A stretch of 64,000 nt of DNA from Acidobacteriota bacterium (lineage in GTDB: Bacteria; Acidobacteriota; UBA6911; RPQK01; G965218465), in assembly GCA_965218465.1 (NCBI GenBank), contig OZ244623.1, forward strand, positions 2,735,152 to 2,799,151. The letters run 5' to 3'. The notes beneath the pieces are model-generated. The model worked only from the letters and a program-made list of their open reading frames with translations, did not search any database and had not been told where the DNA came from. The translations under genes and the position numbers were made by a program. Below, one piece after another: positions 57,975 to 64,000 of this stretch. The first letter of the stretch is position 1, and every line of letters starts with the position of its first letter.

Positions 57975-60900
57975 TCACCGTTCCACCGGCACCACCGGCA
58001 GCGTGGTGAAGATGCCGTTGCCGGCATCCAACTCCACTGCCACTCCCGTGAACTCTCCCTCGGCCGTGCAACGCACCAACCCCACGAAGTCCGTCGTGTC
58101 GGTACGGGTGAACACCTCTTCAATGAAGCGGCCATCCTGACCGTTGACCTCCAGAGTGATCTCTTCCTCTTCCAGCACTTCGCCCTCTTTCATCAGTTGG
58201 CAACTGACCACCAGCTCTTCGGCTTCCAGGTTGCGGATGGCTGCTGCGGTACTGATGCCTCCCTCCTGTCGCCGGGCCGGAAAGAGGGCATCCGTTAAAG
58301 GTTGACCGGTTCCCACTCCGGCCACTCCAACCCCCGGCAGGTCGAAGCGCAGCACCCCTCCGATGGGACCTTCGGCAACCACCCTGACCGATCCCGCCAC
58401 CACCTCTCCTTGACCGTGGGTGGAAATCGTCACTGCCTCCAGCGGTTCCAGCTCGTTCTGAATGGTTAAGCCTCCGTCCTCTGCCACTTCCAGCTCTCCC
58501 GTGACCTCCAGCACCGATTGGGCTGCAATCCTTTCGCCTGCCCGATCGTAGAAGTAAAAGCTGGGACGGGTGGGAGGAATGGGCGTCGTAAAGGGACCGG
58601 CAGGACGACTCGGCCGGATGGACACATTGACCAACACCAGATCGGAGGTAATGGAAGCACCATTGGCGAAGTGGGCAAAATCAAGGGTGTACTCCCCGCC
58701 TCTGAAGACCGTCCGGTCCACCGGCAGCACCGGCAAGGTGGTGAAGATCCCGTGGCCGGCATCCAGCTCCACTGCCACTCCGGCAAACAGTTTTCCCGCG
58801 GGTGCGGTGCAGCGCACCATCCCCACAAAGTCTGACGTGTCGGTCGTAGTAAACACCTCTTCGATAAAGCGGCCATCCTGCCCCTTGGCCTGCAGCTCGA
58901 TGTCCACTTCTTCCAGCACCGCGCCCTCTTGCATCAACCGGCAACTGACTACCAGCTCCTCCTCTTCCAGGTTGCGGATGGCTGCCGCCGTGCTGATGCC
59001 TCCCTCCTGCCGCCGGGCCGGAAAGAGGGCATCTCTTAAAGGTTGACCGGCTCCCACTCCGGCCACCCCACCCCCCGGCAGGTCAAAACGCAGCACCCCT
59101 CCGATGGGACCGTTGGAGAGGACCGTCACCGATCCCGCCACCACCTCCCCTTGACCATGGGTGGAAATCGTCAGTGCCTGCAGCGGTTGCATCTCACTTT
59201 GAACAGTCAAGCTTCCGTCCTCGGCAATCTCCAGCTCTTCGGTGAGCTCCACTACCGACTCGGCTGCAATCCTTTGCCCTTCCCGGTTGTAGAAGTAAAG
59301 CCAGGGACGGATGGGATGGGGAGCGACGTTGACCAACACCAGATTGGACGTAATGGAAGAGCCATTGGCGAAATGGGCAAACTCCAGTCTTCCCACTCCC
59401 GGAGTCACCTCGATCTGGTGGGAAGAGCTGCCGGCGCCGGCCCCGCTGACCGCCCGCACCTGCAAGACGTAAAGCCGGCCGTTGACCAGCTCGGTGACCG
59501 TATGAGTGGTCTCGGTCGACCCGGTGGATATCCAGCCCCTGCCCGACCTGCTGATCAGATACTGGTAATCGGCAATCGCAAAGCCGCCGTCGTCCTCCGG
59601 CGCCTCCCAGGAGAGTGTCACCTGCTCGTCTCCACCCACCGCTTCCAGATTCCTGGGCGCTGACGGCACCGGGTTGGGAACGGGAGGGGGACCGCCGCCG
59701 CCGGGAGGTGGAGATGGCGTCGTCTGCACCGTCTCCACACCACCATAGCCCAGGGCGTTCACCCCCCGCACTTCGAACACGTATTCCCTGCCGTTCGTCA
59801 GGTTGGGCACCGTCGCGGCCCTCTCCACCGGGGCAACCCTTATCCAGTCGCCGGACATCCCGCCGGGCTCCGTCCAGCGGTATTCGTAGCGGACGATCGG
59901 AGCGCCGCCGATGTTCTGCGGGGCATTCCATCTCAGCGTCACCCGGCCGTTGCCAGTGCTGGCCGTCAGACCGATCGACGAGATCGGCACCGTCACCCCC
60001 GGCGGCGCCACTCGGACCGCAATAGTCGCCGCCTCGTTCGGCCTGTTGTCTACGACCGATGTCACTCTGTTCGCACGCACTGAGATTGTGAGGGTGTAAT
60101 TGTGTGCCACACTTGCGGTCCTCGGGGCCACGGTGGTGGTGAATATCCGGTCATCCGTGGTCTGCAATGCCGTAATGGTTGGATCGCAGGAAACCGGGTT
60201 GTTTGCGCTATCCGTACAGGGAGGTTCCTGCTGCGTAGCAATATCGTCGCTGGTGAAGCCCCTCACCGCCTCCGAAAAGCTGAACCGGAACGTGAACGGA
60301 CCCTCCACCGGCGTCGGCGGGTCCGTTGTCATCTGAACCCTCAGCGGGACGATGGTCCTCCCCTCGCCCGGCTCCGACCAATTACTCCTCCCTTCCTCGT
60401 TGCTCGCCCGCACCTGCACCTGGTAGACCGTGCCCTCTTTCAGTCCCGTGAGCATCGCCGTCAGGGCCGGGCTCTCGTGCTGCGCATCGGTGAAGACGCC
60501 GCTGTCGCCGTCCCGGTACTGCACGTCGTAGTCGGTGATGGGCGGCCCGCTATTGTCCGGTTCTCTCCAGCTCACCCTCAGGCTGTCCTCCGTCTCCCCT
60601 GAAAATGTCGGAGCTTCCGGGACACCCGGCGGTTCCCGCTCGTTGCTCACCCTGACCGTAATCACCTGCTCTGCCGTCAGCTCCCGGTCCCCAGCGCCAC
60701 TGGTCACGCGCGCCGTCACCACGTACTCGTTGTCCTCCGCCCCGCTCGGCGGATCGCTGCTCACGACATCGGTGGGGAACTCATAGTCCGGCGCCTCCTG
60801 GAAACTCAGATCTCCCGTATCGGAAGCGACCGTAAACTGCGACCGGTCAACCCCGCCCACGATCGCCCAGCCCGTCACCTCGTCCCCTGGGTCGACATCC

Positions 60901-63900
60901 CTCGCCGTCAGCCGGGTCACCCGCGCCTGATTCTCAGTGACCTCGAACGGCCCCCGGCTCGTGATCTCCGGAGCCGTGTTGGGCGCCCCTGTGGTGTTGG
61001 TCACCGGTTCGTTGCTCAGTCCCAGAGCGTCGTTGCCCACCGCGTCCCGGATCGGGTTCGTCCCCGGACTGTAGCTCACCCGAATCCCCGTCTCCCCATG
61101 CTCCACCGCCGGGTCGAGGGTCAGTTCCACCGCGCTCCCGCTTACCGCAACGTTGGTGACGCTCCGCTCAGCGCCCTCGACATTCACCGTGAAGTCCCCT
61201 GTCCCCGGCCTCGAACTCCCGTCCAGAGCCTCTCCGTAGGTCAGCGTCAGTTCGGCCTCGTTCACCGCCGCGCTCTGAAACACGGGCTTGACCCCGTCCA
61301 TTCTGTGAGCCGCATCGGCCGCCAATCCGTCATGGTCCAGTACGGCGTCATTGTCCGCGCCGTCCTGGATGGTCCCCCCGTTCAGGTCAATGCGGCCGGC
61401 AGCAATGCTCACCCCGTCGGTGTCTTCGTCCCCCAGGGCCACCTCGTAGCCGAACACCGGCGCCGACGTGCCACTGCCTCTCAGGTAGCCCGCCGGCCGG
61501 TTCCTGCTTCCTACCTCGAGCCTCAACTGCGGTGTCTTGGTCACCGCCACCGTCTCATCGAACGTCACCGTTACTTCGATCACATCGCCCACGCCATAAG
61601 TCTGGTTCGTCCCCGGACTCGAGGTGATCTCGATTCCATCGATCATTGGCGCCGCCGTGTCCGGCGTATCGTTCCTTACCGTCTCGTTGCTCAGTCCCAG
61701 AGCGTCGTTGCCCACCGCGTCCCGGATGGGGTTCGTCCCCGGCGTGTAGCTCACCGTGATCCCCGCCTCTTCGTGATCGGCTCCCGAATCCAGGGTCAGC
61801 TCCACCGTCGCGCCTCGAACCGCGACCCGGGTGACTGTCCGCACATGATCGGCCCCCGCAACCGTGAAGTCATCCGTCTCCGGCGTCGAGCCCCCGTCCA
61901 GCGTTTCGTTCCAGGTCAGCGTCAGCGTTGCCCCGTCCACCACCGCGCCGCCGGTGACGGCCAACTCCGGCTTGACCCCGTCCACCTTGTGGCTCGAATC
62001 AGCCGCCAACGCCTCATGGTCCAGTACGGCATCATGGTTCACGCCGTCCCGGATCGTTCCGCCGTTCCGGTCGATGCTGCCGGTAGCAATACTCACCCCG
62101 TCGATGGCCAGGTCGCCGCTCGCTACCGGGTAGGCGAACACCAGCGTTTCGCTGTTCGAACCGCGGTCGTAGGTCGCTGGCTTTGTCTGCGCCCCCACCG
62201 TCAGGGACAACCCCGGCCGCCCCGTCACCACCACGGCTTCATCGAATGTCACCGTCACCTCGATCACATCGCCGGGAGCGTAGATCGCATCCGGCCCCGG
62301 ATTCGAGGTGATCGCCACCGTGCTCACCACCGGTGCCTTGGTATCCACCGGGAACACCTCGCTCGCCGCCAGGTTGCCGTTGCTCAAAGCGTCCACCACC
62401 GCCCCCGCCGTCACCGTCACCCTCACGTCATCCTCAATGCCGGCGTTCGGCGTGATCTCGAGGGTGTAGACCGCACCCGCGCCCGTGAAGTTCGACCCCC
62501 TACCGTTGGTCACCGCGATCTCGCTCGCTTCAAGACCCATTACCAGCTCCGAAAAGGTGATCGTCACCGTGAACCCGTCCTTGGTCGGATGGGTCGCACT
62601 GCTCGTGATCGACGCCACGACCGGGCCTGTGGACCGGGCAGGGATGATATGCGAGTCGGGAACTTCCGTCAGCACGGTTCCGTCAGCGGTGCAGATGCCG
62701 TCCGAGGCGCAGGGCTGGCCGGCAACCAGGGCGAAGCTAATCGGGCCAACGCCCGTGGGAGTCAGGGTGAAGAGATAGGCATTGGCCGGGTCTCCAGGCG
62801 CGACATGGGGGCTGATGCCGGCGATCGTCGCGCCGGTGACGCTGACCGACGTCGTATCTGCAGCAAAGTCCACCACGGGCCGGCTGAAGGCAACCGCCAC
62901 CTTCGGTGCATCGGTCGGGCCGAGATGGAATAGGGAACTGGCAGGACTCTCGACGATCTCCGCCGTCAGCGGGCCGGGCGTGTCCGCCAGCGCCACGAAC
63001 TCCACCGGGTAGGCCCGGGTGGTCCCGGCCTCATTGGGGCCAGCGTAGTGGTCGGGATGCGTGATCTTAAAGGCAAGCAGTTCTTCGTTGGTGAGTGGAT
63101 CGACCTCGGTCACTGACGCGTCCGAGACACGAGACGACGTGCCGCGGCCCCAACTGATCAGCCAATGGCCGCTGTCCATGCGATGGATGTGGCCCTGGGA
63201 TCTCGAAACCCGATCACAGGTGTTGCCCGAGCAATGCTGGCGCACAAAGACCGCCTCACCGTTGTCGGGGTCGAGCGCATACTCCACGCCGCGGCTGAAC
63301 TCCGAATTCGGTCGTTGGGTGTCGCCCGTCTCCGGGTCTTCAAGGCAGTGGTTGCCGTTGTCGAAGAGCAGGAGATGCCCGTTGGGTATCAGCCGGGCGG
63401 AATGCTGCCCGCAGAACTCTCCGTGGGGATCGCCGACGATCTTGAGCGTCCGAATGCCGTGCGCCTCCCACTCCGCGTCGCTCCGGTTGCTCCGTCCCAA
63501 CAGCCATTCCCCGGCTCCCGTTTCGCGGTCGATCCGCCACACCTGCGAGCAGCCGCGGAAAGAGGCGATGATGTCCGCCTCGTCCACGACCTGCACCGAG
63601 TTGATGTGGGCGTAATCGATGGGAAACCGGTGCTGGAGACAATCGTTCAGGTACATGTCATCCCACGAGTTCCAGAAGAAGACGCGGCTTCCCGCCGGGT
63701 TCACTTCTTCGATGACCGAGTCCGACGTATTTTCGCTAGTGCCGTATGGATCGCCGTTCTCATCGGTATAGGCGCTGAAGTCACGGATGGCGGGCTCGTA
63801 GGCCTCGAAGACGTAGTTGCCGTTCTCTCTGATCACAAAGTCGTGGGTGCCGGTGTGTTGGAGATCGTCGGTGGTCGTGACCCTCTCCACCACGTCAAGG

Positions 63901-64000
63901 TTCTCGTCGAGGATGACTATTTCAGGGGCCTCCCCGTAGGAGTATGGATATTTTCCGTCGGGGTGGACCTTGAAATGGACCGTACGACTGTTGGGGAGCC
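57975..64000 (-). CDS. Giant repeat-rich secreted/surface protein (>2000 aa; N-terminus beyond the window). Domains: beta-propeller (arylsulfotransferase/ASST-like), Ig-like tandem repeats, cadherin-like domain, three FN3 domains, and two C-terminal ~230-aa tandem repeats of unknown family.
   Basis: The reading frame stays open from the GTG at 63893 to the window edge (..VHPDGKYPYSYGEAPEIVILDENLDVVERVTT..). Recognisable elements are ..NGHLLLFDNGNHC.., the repeats (APVVSTVAITSNPG..GDVIEVTVTFDEAV.. x2; ..SYTPGTNPIRDAVGNDALGLSNE.. x2), a cadherin-like segment (..LTARDVDPGDEVTGWAIVGG..FTVASDTGDLSF..), FN3 units (..LRVSWREPDNSGPPITDYDVQYR..) and two repeats beginning (L[ED]FAHFANG.SITS.LVLVNV..). 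Confidence 0.85.
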   Translation of the reverse strand, partial: LPNSRTVHFKVHPDGKYPYSYGEAPEIVILDENLDVVERVTTTDDLQHTGTHDFVIRENGNYVFEAYEPAIRDFSAYTDENGDPYGTSENTSDSVIEEVNPAGSRVFFWNSWDDMYLNDCLQHRFPIDYAHINSVQVVDEADIIASFRGCSQVWRIDRETGAGEWLLGRSNRSDAEWEAHGIRTLKIVGDPHGEFCGQHSARLIPNGHLLLFDNGNHCLEDPETGDTQRPNSEFSRGVEYALDPDNGEAVFVRQHCSGNTCDRVSRSQGHIHRMDSGHWLISWGRGTSSRVSDASVTEVDPLTNEELLAFKITHPDHYAGPNEAGTTRAYPVEFVALADTPGPLTAEIVESPASSLFHLGPTDAPKVAVAFSRPVVDFAADTTSVSVTGATIAGISPHVAPGDPANAYLFTLTPTGVGPISFALVAGQPCASDGICTADGTVLTEVPDSHIIPARSTGPVVASITSSATHPTKDGFTVTITFSELVMGLEASEIAVTNGRGSNFTGAGAVYTLEITPNAGIEDDVRVTVTAGAVVDALSNGNLAASEVFPVDTKAPVVSTVAITSNPGPDAIYAPGDVIEVTVTFDEAVVVTGRPGLSLTVGAQTKPATYDRGSNSETLVFAYPVASGDLAIDGVSIATGSIDRNGGTIRDGVNHDAVLDHEALAADSSHKVDGVKPELAVTGGAVVDGATLTLTWNETLDGGSTPETDDFTVAGADHVRTVTRVAVRGATVELTLDSGADHEEAGITVSYTPGTNPIRDAVGNDALGLSNETVRNDTPDTAAPMIDGIEITSSPGTNQTYGVGDVIEVTVTFDETVAVTKTPQLRLEVGSRNRPAGYLRGSGTSAPVFGYEVALGDEDTDGVSIAAGRIDLNGGTIQDGADNDAVLDHDGLAADAAHRMDGVKPVFQSAAVNEAELTLTYGEALDGSSRPGTGDFTVNVEGAERSVTNVAVSGSAVELTLDPAVEHGETGIRVSYSPGTNPIRDAVGNDALGLSNEPVTNTTGAPNTAPEITSRGPFEVTENQARVTRLTARDVDPGDEVTGWAIVGGVDRSQFTVASDTGDLSFQEAPDYEFPTDVVSSDPPSGAEDNEYVVTARVTSGAGDRELTAEQVITVRVSNEREPPGVPEAPTFSGETEDSLRVSWREPDNSGPPITDYDVQYRDGDSGVFTDAQHESPALTAMLTGLKEGTVYQVQVRASNEEGRSNWSEPGEGRTIVPLRVQMTTDPPTPVEGPFTFRFSFSEAVRGFTSDDIATQQEPPCTDSANNPVSCDPTITALQTTDDRIFTTTVAPRTASVAHNYTLTISVRANRVTSVVDNRPNEAATIAVRVAPPGVTVPISSIGLTASTGNGRVTLRWNAPQNIGGAPIVRYEYRWTEPGGMSGDWIRVAPVERAATVPNLTNGREYVFEVRGVNALGYGGVETVQTTPSPPPGGGGPPPVPNPVPSAPRNLEAVGGDEQVTLSWEAPEDDGGFAIADYQYLISRSGRGWISTGSTETTHTVTELVNGRLYVLQVRAVSGAGAGSSSHQIEVTPGVGRLEFAHFANGSSITSNLVLVNVAPHPIRPWLYFYNREGQRIAAESVVELTEELEIAEDGSLTVQSEMQPLQALTISTHGQGEVVAGSVTVLSNGPIGGVLRFDLPGGGVAGVGAGQPLRDALFPARRQEGGISTAAAIRNLEEEELVVSCRLMQEGAVLEEVDIELQAKGQDGRFIEEVFTTTDTSDFVGMVRCTAPAGKLFAGVAVELDAGHGIFTTLPVLPVDRTVFRGGEYTLDFAHFANGASITSDLVLVNVSIRPSRPAGPFTTPIPPTRPSFYFYDRAGERIAAQSVLEVTGELEVAEDGGLTIQNELEPLEAVTISTHGQGEVVAGSVRVVAEGPIGGVLRFDLPGVGVAGVGTGQPLTDALFPARRQEGGISTAAAIRNLEAEELVVSCQLMKEGEVLEEEEITLEVNGQDGRFIEEVFTRTDTTDFVGLVRCTAEGEFTGVAVELDAGNGIFTTLPVVPVER
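57978..59400. repeat. Near-identical ~710-740 bp direct tandem repeat (x2) inside the giant gene, encoding the duplicated C-terminal domain.
   Basis: The protein repeats are >80% identical over about 225 aa. Parallel spurious ORFs recur at about 735-nt offset on both strands (for example 57674..58135 vs 58466..58876, and 58518..58835 vs 58570..59046). Confidence 0.8.

Noticed and set aside
61098-62933. A 611-aa plus-strand ORF (and many 60-180-aa ORFs on both strands) inside the giant gene.
   Set aside because: These are Arg/His/Pro/Gly-rich and internally repetitive only because they mirror the minus-strand repeats. They are antisense artefacts of a long GC-rich gene.
1-64000. CRISPR arrays, IS elements, integrases and prophage genes.
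   Set aside because: None was seen. The only sizeable repeats are intragenic, in the giant protein. No transposase, recombinase or direct-repeat/spacer architecture is present, and the stand-alone tRNA-Ala has no adjacent integrase.

Overview
This is a 64 kb high-GC (~60%) bacterial chromosomal segment that is densely coded on both strands. The DUF1501 + PSD1 (DUF1549/DUF1553/PSCyt) pair, a Cys-type CcmE, a >2000-aa multidomain surface protein and an EFG-less nuo operon point to an Acidobacteriota- or PVC-like (Planctomycetota/Verrucomicrobiota) lineage, but no tools were run and this cannot be resolved here.

The left two thirds (1-38 kb) is mostly housekeeping:
- rimI with an alpha/beta hydrolase
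- a RidA-hyp-DUF1501-PSD1 block
- aminotransferase, epimerase and 2-hydroxyacid dehydrogenase genes
- a 2Fe-2S-ferredoxin/ASKHA (DUF4445) protein
- a stand-alone tRNA-Ala(UGC)
- a PA0069-type radical SAM gene
- the conserved truA-uppS-cdsA-dxr-rseP operon
- yebC-ruvC
- grpE divergent from clpB
- uvrB-aroA-aroK-(CMD/AhpD-like gene)-mltD
- a glycosylasparaginase, a sulfatase-like lipoprotein and UDP-xylose synthase

The right third (38-64 kb) is a respiratory and envelope block:
- an 11-gene nuoABCDHIJKLMN operon lacking nuoEFG, with an N-terminally extended NuoC
- atpZ-atpI-atpB-atpE
- a rearranged System-I cytochrome c maturation cluster (ccmE-F-H-x-A-B-C-D) with a Cys-variant CcmE
- a secreted protein
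- a giant (>2000 aa, N-terminus beyond the window edge) repeat-rich surface protein

Most noteworthy are:
- a probable selenoprotein: a CMD/AhpD peroxidase-related enzyme with an in-frame UGA in an N-x-C-x-Y-U-x-x-x-H motif followed by a SECIS-like hairpin
- the EFG-less complex I with the extended NuoC
- the Cys-type CcmE and reorganised ccm cluster
- the giant adhesin-like protein with near-identical internal DNA tandem repeats
- a recurrent 18-nt motif upstream of three unrelated + strand genes
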